Origin: Podospora anserina
Lineage: Eukaryota
Direction of reading: 5' to 3'
NCBI GenBank assembly: GCA_017654855.1
Contig: CM030333.1
Span: 4,278,001-4,342,000 of the forward strand
Length of the DNA stretch: 64,000 nucleotides
Numbering within the stretch: the stretch's first letter is position 1; the number at the start of each line of letters is the position of its first letter. A program made the translations under genes and the position numbers. Below are positions 1-12,340 of the stretch, piece by piece. The notes under the pieces are model-generated. The model worked only from the letters and a program-made list of their open reading frames with translations. It did not search any database and had not been told where the DNA came from.

Positions 1-683
1 GGAGATTATGACTGGGCGGGTGGGATTGGCGGGGCGGAAGGTGAGGGCTTTGGCGTGGGATGATGATGATGGGAAAGGGGAGTCGGTGGTGAGTGAGTAT
101 ATGGAGGGGTTGGCGAAGGATACGGTGACGCTGCACAAGAACTTGACGAGGCATTTGCCCGAGGGGACGGTGAGGTATATTATGATGCCGGTTTTTAGGA
201 ATTACAAGGAGACGCTTGGGGGGGCGTATAGGGAGGTGGAGGTTGGGGTTGGGGGGAGGGAGAGGTATGTCTTTTGTCGAGTCCTGATTGCTGGGGAATG
301 GTTGCTAATGATGGGACAGGATGCTCCGCGACGTGGAATTTTTTCAGTCACGACTGGGAAGGATTGATGGGTTTGGGGACGCGGGGGAGTTTCTTCTTGG
401 TGTTATTAACTCCAAGACGGTTGTTGGTAATGCTTCGGGGTCGTCGTTGGCGGTGGTGGATAAAATACCGTCAAGGGCGGGGTCGAGGGCGGCGTCGCCT
501 GCTCCTCCTCCTCCTCCGCCGCAGTTGGGGCACTCGTTGAGTGTGAATATTTCTACCAGTCCGGGGATTGAGGTGGAGGAGGGGAAGAAGTCTAGTGAGA
601 GTAAGGAGGGGTCGTCGGAGGGGGGGAAGAGTAGTGCTGAGGAAAAGAAATCGCCACCGCTGCCGGCTGAGGAAAAGGAGTAG
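1..683 (+). CDS. VPS54: 3' end of GARP complex subunit Vps54 (exons <1..264, 320..683)
   Basis: Splicing GTATGT(265)...GCTAAT...CAG(319) joins ORFs 8..367 and 321..683 into YMEGLAKDTVTLHKNLTRHLP...IMMPVFRNYKE...RERMLRDVEFFQSRL, which resembles the fungal Vps54 C-terminus; stop TAG at 681-683. Confidence 0.75.
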
Positions 684-1142
684 GACTTGGGGACGAGGCA
701 GGCGAGAAAGATGGGGTATTTGAGTGGGGTTGTTGGGCAGAGGGGGAGGGACGTGAATGTGCTTAGATGAGGGGGTTTGTTTGTGTCTGAACTACTGTTT
801 TTTATTATATACCTATGGTTGGTTTTCTAGATGTGCTGTATCGGGGGTGGAGGAGGGTGCTTGCATGATGAGCTGGTAGCTATTATGGTTATAGGGGTAG
901 TTGGTTTATAGGAAAAAGGGGATTTGAGCGATGTTGCATATTGTGAAACTTATGGGGAATTGGGGCACACCTGGTTGGCATGTCATAATCAGATGAGATG
1001 CTAGATACTGGTCGAAAACCTACTGTACCTTTTCTTCGACTCTTTTTGCGGACTTTGGCAGGTTTTCTTGGATAATGAGGTAGCATGTCAATATGACCTG
1101 TTTACACCTTTCCATTGTTCCAAATAAGTTTAAGCGTAAAAA

Positions 1143-1582
1143 AAGAGAAATTCTAGGGGGGCATTACCCCCCATGGGGTTAGGGTTACATATGGTCCCTG
1201 ACCTGCCTTGTATATTATTAACCACATTATCAACCACATCAACGCTCACACCCTTGCAATTAAAGGCTCGACAAAAGCCTGGTAACTGAAGCCCTCGTGG
1301 AAGGCCTGACAATTGAAGGCCTAGTAATTGAAGCCCTGGATGAGGTGGTGTGAAGTTGAAGGCTTGCATTGGTGCGTGGGCATCGAGCATTAACACCACG
1401 GCAGTATATTTACTACAATACTTCCAAATATAAGAATACACTGTGATTTTTAGGGCACAAAATGCACTGCGATGCTGGTGATAATGGAAATGAACGGGTG
1501 TGATGGGAAAGGTATGTTGTGGTATGGGGGGTAATGCCCCCCCTTAGTAAAAGGGTAATAATGCCCCCGTAGAATTTTTCTT
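1143..1582. mobile_element. Putative non-autonomous TIR element (MITE-like) or DNA-transposon relic
   Basis: 1156-1174 is the perfect reverse complement of 1524-1542 (19 nt); 1143-1166 matches the reverse complement of 1559-1582 at 22/24; A-tract flanks; internal ~15-nt degenerate repeats; no clear target-site duplication. Confidence 0.5.
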
Positions 1583-1711
1583 AAAAAAAAAAGAAAAAGA
1601 AAAGGTATGTAAAGTATAATAATCCCCAAACCAGATTCCCAGAACCGAATAATGAACCGATATATCCAAAAATGCCATAACAGTCATAAACTTCACCACC
1701 GCCCTCCCTAC

Positions 1712-3206
1712 CTATAGTATGAGGAACGCACTCCCCCCAATAACCCCAAAAACCATCGCCGCCGTCACAAACCCGGCCGCGACCCTCTCCCCCGTGGTGA
1801 TGGGCTTGTACTCCTTCCCCGTCATCCAACTCCCCGGCCCATCCGCACCCCCATTCACATCCCCCTTGCTCGTCCCGCCCGTGTCCCCCGTAACAGGCAC
1901 ATCAACCCTATCCACCAACGTCGACGCCACCGCGCTCAAGGCATTCATCTGCTCCCCCACCCCGTTCATCCCGTCATACCCCCCCTTTGTCCAGCTGAAC
2001 CCACAAGCCGTCCCTGGCCTGCCACGAAAGGGTTGCTCCCCAGGTGGTGCCTCAGTCGGCGAACCCGAACAGGCCTTCGCCGCTGCAATAGCGCTATTGG
2101 TCAGAAGCGGGGAGATGGACTCGAACGTATAAGGCGCCAGCTGTGTCGTCCTCGCCAGCCAACGAGTGAGATACCCCTTGAAACTCCGCTGATCAATATC
2201 GCAAAATCCCGGAGGTTCACAAAACTGTTCAAACATGACCCTCTCCCCATCGGTGCTGTTGGTGAAGAACGTCCTCTCGGCGGAAGCCAAGTGGCTGTCG
2301 AGGCGTCGTTTCCAGATCGGGTTCCCATCGGTAAAATTATACATCACCGCCGACCCGTGGATGAAAATGCCCGCGTTGTACGTCCACTGGATCTCGTCGA
2401 TGGAGTCACAGCTGTTGCCCTCCTCCGGCTTGACCGTCACGCCGTCTAGCACGTCACCGTCCCGAAAAAGGCCGGTCTCTTCCTGCCAGGTGTAGATCTT
2501 GGCTGCCCACTCGGCGTAGGTGACGTTACCCGTGAAGCGAGCTAGTCGGGAGGCGATGTTGAAGAAGCAGCCGTTGGAGATGGAGTTGCGGTAGTTGAAG
2601 CCGCGGTTGAAGCGGAAGATTTGCCAGGGGAGGCCGCCGCCGCAGCCGGAGGACTCGTTTTCCTCCCAGCGTTGGGCCCATTGGTTGAAGACTGCTTGGG
2701 CGAGGGCGAGGTATTGGGGTTGGTCGGGGCCAGGGTCGGGGAATTTGAGCTCGGCGGCTGTCATGGCTGTCATGGCCCAGAAGCCTTGGTCGTCGTTGCC
2801 CAGCGTGCGGGTTTGGTTGCGGGGCATGAAGTCCCGGGTGGGGGCGGCTTGGTGGAGGATGGCTTGCTTTGTGATGTCGTTGTAGGTGTCGTCGCCGGTG
2901 AGCTGCCAGTAGTCGATTAGGGTGCCGAACATGGCGCCTGCTTCCCACCAGAAGTAGGGGTCTGGGAGGTTGCCGGGGGTGTCGCCGGGGAGGTGGCCGG
3001 TGTAGTATTTTGTGAGGCCGAAGGCGATTTCGGCGGCGGCGGCTTTCACGGAAGCTGGAGGAGGGGGGTGGGGTTAGGTTGGTGATGGTTAAAGGAGGAA
3101 AGGGGTAAAGGGGTGACTGACCTTCATCACTTATTACCATGTCAATGGCTGTGACAGTCTGCATCAACAAACTCGCCATCCCAAGGATGCCTCCTAATAA
3201 CCTCAT
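1712..3206 (-). CDS. GH76 mannan endo-1,6-alpha-mannosidase, DCW1/DFG5-like, GPI-type (exons 3206..3122, 3054..1712)
   Basis: Signal peptide MRLLGGILGMASLLMQTVTA; GTCAGT..CAG intron; motifs PYFWWEAGAMFG, LGNDDQGFW, CGGGLPWQI, NSISNG, WTYNAG, DQRSFKGYL; hydrophobic C-terminal tail. Confidence 0.93.
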
Positions 3207-3974
3207 GATATCGAGTGTGTGTGTGTATGTGTAAAGAAGAAAATACAACAAAAAAGAATCGAAGAAGCCCCTACCAAGCAATGACAGAGAAACAAACCAC
3301 CAAACCACCAACAGCGTCAGAGAGCTCAAAGTATACAGCGAAGCAACTGATAGTCCATCCGTGAATAGGTATATCAGTAGGTGCCCAGTATGGTCCTGTC
3401 CGTTTGTCCAGCCTCGAAGCAAATCCGAACCGTCGAATCAGTCTCCCCTTCTCTTGTCCTACAACAGTTGGTCTCAGCCCTCTAGCAATAAGGTTGATAT
3501 CAACCCTTCTTTTCAGGCCCCCAAATTCCAGGCCTTCCTTCCAACTTGTCGCTTAGAAACTGGCGCGCGGCCGGCCGTTGGTTGAGTGAGAAAACAGCCA
3601 AAATGGTAACCTCGTATCGTCAGACAAAAAGCCCGTCCCAAGTAGGTCGAAGGATCCTTCGAACAGTAACAAGATTACCGAGCGCGGTGACAGTGGGAGT
3701 CGAAAACCAAGAAAGGGCACAGCCTCAAAGAACGTATAGTCGAAAGGGAAATATAGAAGTCGCAAAAAAAGCCTAACCCAGAGGTGTGTATATCTGTATA
3801 TAAAAAACGAACGCTCACCGACCGTCTAGGTGGGGGTTGTTACTTCAAATCGAAACGAAGGAGAAGAGAGAGAAAAGAGAAGAAAAAGAAAGTCACACCT
3901 CTAAGCCCATGAACCAAAATGACAGATGGACAACAGGCGGTGGTGATGTAGAAGGGAGAAGGAGAGGAAGTGAA

Positions 3975-3993
3975 AGAGAGAGAGAGAGAGAGA
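3975..3993. repeat. (GA)n microsatellite
   Basis: agagagagagagagagaga read directly. Confidence 0.8.
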
Positions 3994-4635
3994 AAAGATG
4001 AGATGGAAGATCACAGATCTGCCCAGCTGCCAAAGTTTCACAAACCCCCATCCAGCCTAGACCTGGATGGAAAAAAGACAAGAGGGAAACAAAACACATG
4101 AATCTCAGCCCAAGCCAAGCGCAACTGCAATTTGGCTTGCTGCTGACGCCCGGTTGACTTGACATGTCGACCCCAAACCTGATGTGTTTCAGGTGCCCCG
4201 TTGACGTTGTCCCGGAGGGCTGTGCAAGGAGAGGGCCGACCCCTGTCTCCCCCCCACCGCCGCGAATCGCCATCAGTTGAGATCTGGATGTCTTGGCATG
4301 AAAAGATCTTGGATCAATCATGCTACATATCAGACGGTTGTTAGCTAGTGATATCTAGAAGAGAATACGTCGAGACTGCCCATGCCAGTTTAGAAAGGTT
4401 TCTCTTTGCTAAGTCGACCCCTGATTGATGACAACACAATGACCACCACTCAAGCATGCCAAGGCTCGAATGTTTCCAGACCAATGTCTGTCAAGTACGA
4501 CTTCACTTGACCCAGAGAAATTCTTCATAACCTCCTTTTTGTCTATCCTCTATATACATCATAACAGTAACAAGATTTGCGCTGAAAAAACACGCAACGA
4601 AATGGGTATCCTAACACTCCTCAACCTACGGCAAC

Positions 4636-5753
4636 TTAGTGCTTGCACCCGTGGGCGCAGGCCTTGTGCTTCTTGCTGGGCTTGTCGCCATCCTCCTCCG
4701 ACTCATCGTCGTCAGACTCATCATCCTCGCCATCGCTGATGTCGTCGCTCTCCTGGGCCTGCTCTGTTTGGTTGTTAGTATTCTACATTCTGTTCACTGC
4801 TAACTCTGTCAACGGGGGCCACTTACGGAAGTACTTGAGGGCGTTGGGCCAGAGGTCATCAGCAATGGCCATGGCAACGGTATCGCCATCAGGGAAAATG
4901 TCAAGCTCTTCCTCGTCCTCCCAATCCTCATCATCCTCATCCTCCTTCATCTCCTCATCCTCCTCGACCTTCTCGCCGGCCTGGCGCTTCTTGCGGTCCT
5001 CGGCCTCCTTCTTGAGGGCCTCGATGTTCTCCTCGGCGGAGACTCGTTCGCCAATGAAGCCGAAGAAGCAGAAGAAGCTCACAGAACCAGCGTCCTCAGC
5101 TTCGATTTTCTCCTTCAGCTCCTTCTGCTTGGGGGTGAGCTCCTTCTTCTCCTTACCCTCCTTCTTGGGGGCAGCCTTCTCCTCCTCCCAGGCAGCCTTG
5201 GCAAGGGACAAGAGACCGTTGGTCAGGTCCTTGCCGTCCTTCCACTTGATATCGACAGGCTCGCTGACATAGCCGACGAAGCCGTCCTTGCCGTGGCGCC
5301 ACCAGAACTTCTTCTCGAGGACCTTGTCCTCAAAGTAGTCATTCTCCTCGAACTCGAACTTGATGGAGACGCTGCGGGGGTCTCCGCCCTCAACGGGGGT
5401 GTCGATCTCGAAGCGCTTGACGTCAATGGACTTGATGGAACCGAGGAGGATCTGAGCATCGGTGGGCTGGATGAAGGCGTCAATGTCCTCGGGGGCCTGC
5501 TCGATAACAAGGGGCCAGAAGTGCTCGATCTTGGAGACGACCTCGGCGCGCTTTACGTAGAGGTCCTTGGAAAGGTTGTACTGGTGGCGGACTGGGAGGT
5601 TCAAAGCGTTAGTATTTGGCAGTCGCAAGGGCGCAGCAACGGTCGCGGGGGTGGAGACTCACTAATCTCGGTCTCGACATCGTCGAACTGAGCCTCAATT
5701 TCACCCAGCTGGTCGTAGGTAGCGAAGATCTCTTCGGCGGTGACGATGGCCAT
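4636..5753 (-). CDS. NAP/SET-family histone chaperone, Vps75/SET-like (exons 5753..5663, 5591..4827, 4763..4636)
   Basis: Spliced product MAIVTAEEIF...IRHQY...LYVKRAEVVSKIEHFWP...SIKFEFEENDYFEDKVLEKKF...SFFCFF...IADDLWPNALKYF plus acidic tail; canonical GTGAGT and GTAAGT introns keep frame. Confidence 0.88.
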
Positions 5754-7474
5754 TGTGTCTGATTTGAATGGGTAAAAGACTGGGGAGACGGGTCAAGAGT
5801 GAGATGTGAGAGGAGAATATGCGGTGAAGAAGTAAGAAAAGAAGTGCCGTGGGACAGAGAGTTGGTTGGCTTTTTAAGCTACAGGTAACTGATAGACCCT
5901 CGACAGGCGCAAAAAAAAAAAAAAAAAAAGTTCTGCCCCTCCTCGTCGCAAGGCAGCCTACCAGCAGAGTCGCATCAATGCAGCGCGGGGTCCTGCCCTT
6001 CCATCTGCCCCGCCAAAAGTTGTGAACTGGAGCTTGGCATCCACACAACTGCGAAAAGATAGTGGGGCAGCAAGAACGGCGGAGACCCGGGACCCTGCCA
6101 AGCAAGGTGGGGCCGTTATGCGTTCAACGGCGAGCTCTCTCTGCCAGCCTGCCCGGCCCGAGGGGTATCCATCCCGGAGGTCTTTCTTCCAGGCACGCCA
6201 GGTTCCCGCTCATTAACATTTGGCCTCTCAAACTTCTTTTCTGTATGCGTTTCTATAAGGTGTGGGCAATTGTGTCAAAAGCTCCTTCTGGCCCGTCTAG
6301 TTGTGAGTGCTCGCTTGACAGTTGCTGAGAGTGTGCCTTCTCATCATACAATCACCAATCACGAAACATACAGGCAGATAGGTAGCCACACGATTGCTAT
6401 CTCTTCCTTCTAACCTTAGCCTCAGCCCTGGCTTTGACACAGGGCTGTCGGGAGCTCATGGCGGGGTACCCCCACCATAAAGTGCCGTTACGCAATGAGA
6501 AGCTCTCACAGACTACGCCAATGACAGCGTGGAAATCATGAACAACCCCCGCGGAACCTCCATGGACATAAATGGCCTATAAAAAGCCCTCTTGCCCCTT
6601 TTTCAAGCAACCCGTCCTCTTATAAACTTGTTCATCTCATCTTGAAGCCAAACACAGCTGTCACAAAGCAAAGACACGAACGCGTGGAGACAGGCATACC
6701 AACAGCAGCTCTTTACCGCCAGTCTGCAACGCTGAGGCCCTTCCCTTCCGCTATCGGGCTGTGTTTCATCAAAACAAGCTGCTTTATCAGTTTCCGTCTC
6801 CTCGACGAGCTTATCTCTCCTTTTCGCAAGCACCTTCGCCAGCAGCCAGAGCCACAATGCATTGTGTCATTGTTCCCCGAAGTCGGGACCGTTCTTTACT
6901 TCTGCCCCAAGGTTATCAACGGCCTTGGGGTTTGAGGGGGGTTGCTCTTTGTCCAGTCGGACGCTCCGCAATTGACTTTCTCTTAGTCAACAGATGGCGC
7001 TCCTTGCCAGCAACTGCCAGCGCGTGACCGCATCACCTTCCCAATAACTCGTTTTCAGGTGTCATCCCGAGTTCATCTGCTGCCTGACCGGTGAGCGTTT
7101 GGGTAAAGCGGCGGTTCAGTTGCCGATGGAAGGATTGATGTGACGACGAAAAAAGCCGATCCGAACTCACCCGCTTCCGGGATGCTCACCGGCCACCGGA
7201 GCTCATTTTTGAGAAGTAACAATCGGGTTTTGATTTTTGAACTCGAAACGTGTTTTCGTAAATTTTGACTCACGGTGGCGGTAAAGCTACCGAGACACAG
7301 TATTGAGCCTTGTTCGCCATCAATTGGGAAATAGGAAGGTGTATAAACCGCCCCCAGGTTCTCCACCAAGGAACAACCCTATTTCAACCTACCGGCACTC
7401 AAGTAGACAAACCTGCCTCGAACTTGCCGAAATTCTCGATTTAGTTCAGTTCGACATTCAACAGGGCCGGCAGA

Positions 7475-9574
7475 ATGGGCGGCGTCACTTTCATGGAGGG
7501 CAACCCGGACCGGAAGTTCCCCGAGTCCCGGGTCCTCATCATCATGACCGGCGGCACGATTTGTATGCAGCCCTCCGCTGATGGCCTCGTCCCAATGAGC
7601 GGCTTTCTCGAACTTGCCATGGCTCCCCGACCTTCCTTCAACGACAGCACGGCTCCGTCCAGTAAGTATACCTTACCTTTATCACCCTCAGTTCTACACG
7701 TTGACTAACCCCCCATCACAGCCAATATAACAGCCTACACAAAAGAAGGCCACAAACTCACCCTATCCTCCCTCCGGACCCCCACCTCAGCCTACTGCAA
7801 ACACATCCGCTACTCCATCCTCGAGTTCTCCCCCCTCCTCGACTCCTCTAGCATCGCATCAGCAGGGTGGACAGACATCGCCCTCACCATCCAGCAAAAC
7901 TACCACCTCTTTGACGGCTTCGTCATCCTCCACGGCACCGACTCGCTAGCTTACACCGCTTCGGCCCTGTCGTTCATGCTCTCTGATCTCGGCAAACCAG
8001 TCATCCTCACCGGCTCCCAGGCCTCAATCTTTGCCCTCCAATCCGACGCCGTCGACAATTTACTGGGCAGTCTCATCATCGCAGGCACATTCACCATCCC
8101 GGAAGTCTGCCTTTTTTTCCATCACACTTTGTTCAGAGGGAACCGCACAACAAAAGTCTCGGCCTCAAGCTTCGAAGCGTTCGACTCCCCCAACTCTGAC
8201 CCCCTGGCGAAGGTGACAAGTTTGGGAGTAGATGTAAACTGGGGTTTAGTCCGGCGCCCAACCCGCATCAAAGAATTCAACGTCACCAAAACCCTCGACA
8301 CGACTCACGTTGCCTCGCTTCGCATCTTTCCCGGCATCTGGCCTCAGCTGGTCGACTCTGTCCTTCGTGTCCCTGACCTGAGGGGTTTGGTTCTCGAGAC
8401 GTTTGGCATGGGGAATGCGCCGGGGGGTGTGGATGGGCATCTCACAAAGGCGATCAAACAGGCGGTTGAGAGGGGGATTGTCATTGTCAATGTCAGCCAG
8501 TGTACTAATGGGTTTGTGAGCCCGTTGTACGCGCCGGGGACGGCGCTGGGGAGGGCGGGGGTGGTGTTTGGGGGGGATTTGACGACGGAGGCGGCGTTGA
8601 CGAAGCTGAGTTATTTGCTGGCGTTGAAGGATAGGGGGACGGTTGGGTTGGAGGAGGTGAAGGAGATGATGGGACGGAGTTTGAGGGGGGAGATGACGGA
8701 GTTGAGGGTTGCGAGCTTTGTTCACCCGGCTGGGGTGGTGGAGGAAGATGTGGTGGGGAAGATTACGGCTGCGGGTAGGTTTTTTTTTAATTTTTTTTAT
8801 TGTTGATTTTCACATTTCTCTTGAGTGGTTAATCCTAACTGGTTTATTTTTCTGTCTACAGAATCAGCCTTTACAGCCCTAGGCTACGCAATCAGCAACG
8901 GCGACCTCCGCACCGTACGGGAGCTTTTGGAAGGGGACGAGTTCAACCACCAGCTCCTCAAAAAAGCGGACTACGCTGGCAACACGGCCGTTCATCTTGC
9001 CGCTGTCGGGCCCGAGCCAAAGATCCTCAGGGAGGTCCTCGAGCGGGGCGCTAGCGTACACGTCAGGAACCGGGCGAACAACACGCCGCTTTATTTGGCG
9101 GAAAAAATGGTTGCCAGCGGGACGACGCCGAAGAGCGAGGAGTGTGTCGGTTTGTTGAAGGAGGCGGGGGGCCATCTGTGGTTGGAGAATGAGGAGAGCA
9201 TGGCTAATAGCCGGAGGGGTTCTGTGGGGGGCAGGGAGAATGGAAATGGAGTTAACGCCAAACCAGCCGAGGAGAAGTTGACTTTGGAAGTGGAGGCTCC
9301 TCTCCTTGGTGACCCAGAGAGTTTTCTCTGGGGGGGTGCGACGGAGAAGGTCCGTCAGGAACACGACGCTGTGTGGAAGAACGCGATGGAGAGAGTTCGC
9401 AAGGAGCAGGATTCTGTCATTGAAAGAGCACGCAAGGAGCTGGATACCAAATTGAGGCAGGAACTCGCAATGGTCGAGGCTGAGAGGGCCAGGCTGCTGA
9501 AAATTGGGGATACGCCGAATGTGCAGGGTGGTGCTGACGATATCGAGTCGACAACGGGAAAGATCATCAACTGA
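7475..9574 (+). CDS. Type I L-asparaginase / 60-kDa lysophospholipase-like protein with ankyrin repeats (exons 7475..7661, 7722..8774, 8862..9574)
   Basis: MTGGTICM, HGTDSLAY, VILTGSQ, RGNRTTK, DLTTEAALTKLSY motifs; ankyrin GNTAVHLAA and NNTPLYLA; two canonical phase-1 introns. Confidence 0.92.
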
Positions 9575-12340
9575 GGAGTATACCCGAGCTGGGTGGTGAT
9601 TTGGTTGGAGATGTTTTCTTGGGGTCTGAATCTTGAGACAGCGTACATGCTTCATGTAGACGTCTATGCCCAAGTTTTTGGCCATATGATATGTGGTTTC
9701 GTTTGGTTGGTTGAACATGCAAGAAATTATCTACCGATGGGTAGATCGGGTCCGTTTTTTGGGTCTTGTTTGCGGGTAGTATCTAGATAGATCAGATGCT
9801 CAAGAGTTGGGGGCGGCCTTTTCGTGAGCTGCTCTGTTTTGTTTTACATGTCAGTAGATGTAAACCAATCGTTAGTTTTCAACCACGAGGCTGCAGCCTG
9901 AAGACCATCAATGGGGGCTAAAAGACCCCATATCTACCGGCAGGCTACCGATGTAAAGGCCTCATCACACGCAGACGCAACTCTATACATGTGCACTTTT
10001 CACTCACTTGCAGCTTACAAACCTATGCATACCTAGGGAGAGCGGCCGATCAGGGGGGGTAGTACAAAAACTTGTAGTTCGCTTGAGGAGCTGGCTTGGT
10101 TCATGAGTAGATCTTTTCCCACACCACCTCAGATGCAGCTCACCCTCGATGGGGCTGGTTGCCTCGCCCAGCTTCGGCACGAGTAAGGTACCCGGGCTTT
10201 GGTGTTCATCTGTGAGGTGGGTGTTCAGCTGCAAGGCCTGCCAGATCAGGATTGGAAAATCAGAAAGTGGGCCGGTTGGATAGGTGGCCTTGTGGAGGTG
10301 GCCGCCGGTTGATGTAAGTGACGACTGGATGGGAAAGGAAGGCTGGGCTTCGCCCATATGTGCTTCAGGGTGCATTCATCTACAAGATTTTGAACTTTAG
10401 TTGAATCGAGGGGAATGGCCTTATTTCAGCTCAAGGCGGCCGCTGAGGCTGGAGATGACGGTTTTGTTTATGGAGGGAATGGGATGCCTCCAGTGGCTCG
10501 TGGTTGTTGTGGCTGTTGCTCATGCCTGACGCATATCCTTTTGCCTCTTGACCCGGAGTGTGCCTGGATGACTAGGTAGATATGAGTCCTTGAAGAGTTT
10601 TCTTTTTTGCCTTGAATCCTACGTGGAAAATTAGTTGAGGTGATGAGGAATAAGAGGAGCCGATGCTAAGCTTGAGGTTCCTACAGCCTTGCATGATAGG
10701 CTTCTGAGAGTGCTGGGATGGTGTGTGGTGGTGCATAACCGAGGCACGTTGACTAACGGAATCCGCCCAGGATGACACACTGAGTAGATAGTGCCTTCCC
10801 TTCTAGGTGTCGAATGGTGGCCCAGGTGATGACTTGCAGGCAGTGACAGGCACCGGCAACCTCTTTGTGAGGGATTGCGGTGACTAAATCAAGAAGTGTC
10901 ATCGTTATACTTCTTTCAATAACACCCCTTGCTCTTGGTTGAGCCTCATCTATCGCAGAGACCACCTTCTTTGAAAACAAGCTATCGCCACATGAACATT
11001 CGGTCAGAAAAAACTCACTCACATGCCGCATGACCTTTTCGACTTTGCTGTTGCTGCCTGGGCCATGTTCGACCGAGATCACCGGCAGCCCATATCATTC
11101 TCTATGTCAGGTAGGTGTTGGTTCCATACCTGGTACTGTTTCACTTGCAAAAGAAGGGTTCACCACAGGACGTGACTAGGTTCTCGGTGAGTGCCACAGC
11201 ATACGATGCTGCTTTTCCACTCTTGAAGCTGCTTGCATGCCCGAGGGTGGGGGACGCTTTGCAGCAGAGCGTGCAGTTGGGCCTTTGTTGTTGGTTCGAC
11301 CCTTCATCCACCACACCAACGATCGTCCAGAATCACCTCTCGGTCCCCTGCATCAGGGCCCTTTGGGCCGCAGGCTATCGGGCTTGTCGAAAAGCAGTCA
11401 AAATAAAGCGGGAAAGGCAGCCATTCCCTAAACTTACCACTTCCCTGGGTCACCCGGGGCTGGTATCACTTTACCCAAGTCCCACAGGAGCGATATCACC
11501 GTGGCCTCACTGCGGGTCGGACTAGGCCGGCCTACGTAGCGACCTTTGGTGTTGTTTCTCCTCATCACCGGCCTCCGCCACGGAGCGCGTTTTGCGGGGT
11601 TTACACTGCACAGGCAAGCAACACTGCAATTGTTTGTTTGTTGTGGTCTGTTCTCAACCGGTCCAGTAACTGCGCAAGTGGTTCTCTATGGATTCCAGAG
11701 GACCCGGGGGAATGGCTTGTACTAGAATATCAAGACGAACGTGGGTTAAGCATGTGACACAGCAGAGACACAAGACAGAAATCTCTGCCACTTCTTTGCG
11801 GGAGACAAAACACTAGCCATGCTGCTACCCGAGCACCTCTCCCCCAGAAAGTTGATCTCTGTGTGGCCACACCATTTCTCGTGAACGTATTGCCACAAGA
11901 GAGGCAAGCACGATGAGTTTGGCACCCGCTGATCCAGAAAACCGGAAAAAGAGGACAAAGACTGGCATGAGTGAGTGTTTTCCCCGGTTTCTTCTCTGTA
12001 AGGCTGATTTGCGGATTTGGATGCTGCCCAAAGGGGGTAGTTAAGCATGGCCCGCGTAATGGGTAAGGCGACCTCTTCCTTTCTTCCTACCTAGGTAGGC
12101 TTCATGCACGTCTCTGCTCTGGTTTCTCGGCCTAGGAGTATTAAAGGGCTCTGCTTCCTCCAGACTTTCTTCTTCTGGATTGATTACTTGCAGGAAGGTT
12201 CTCGACCGCAGCCAACAGCTTGACAGAGGCCTCAATACCTCCAGAACCAACTCCTCACGGCCCATTTAACAGCGGCTCGTTGGTGAAGTCGGTTTTCTCT
12301 TCTCTCTTCTTCTTTCTCTACACAGGATTCTTCAGACAAT

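Noticed and set aside
1255..1365. Short spaced repeats superficially like a CRISPR array
   Set aside because: Eukaryotic context, degenerate ~15-nt tandem units without unique spacers, no cas genes
1580..1711. In-frame continuation after the GH76 UAG (also the short ones after VPS54, EHD3 and the 48428 stop)
   Set aside because: Only about 15-45 codons, within chance expectation
2526..3422. 298-aa minus-strand ORF
   Set aside because: Consists of the GH76 5' UTR, true exon 1, the unspliced intron and an off-frame read of exon 2
8879..9718. 279-aa minus-strand ORF
   Set aside because: Antisense to the last exon of the asparaginase gene
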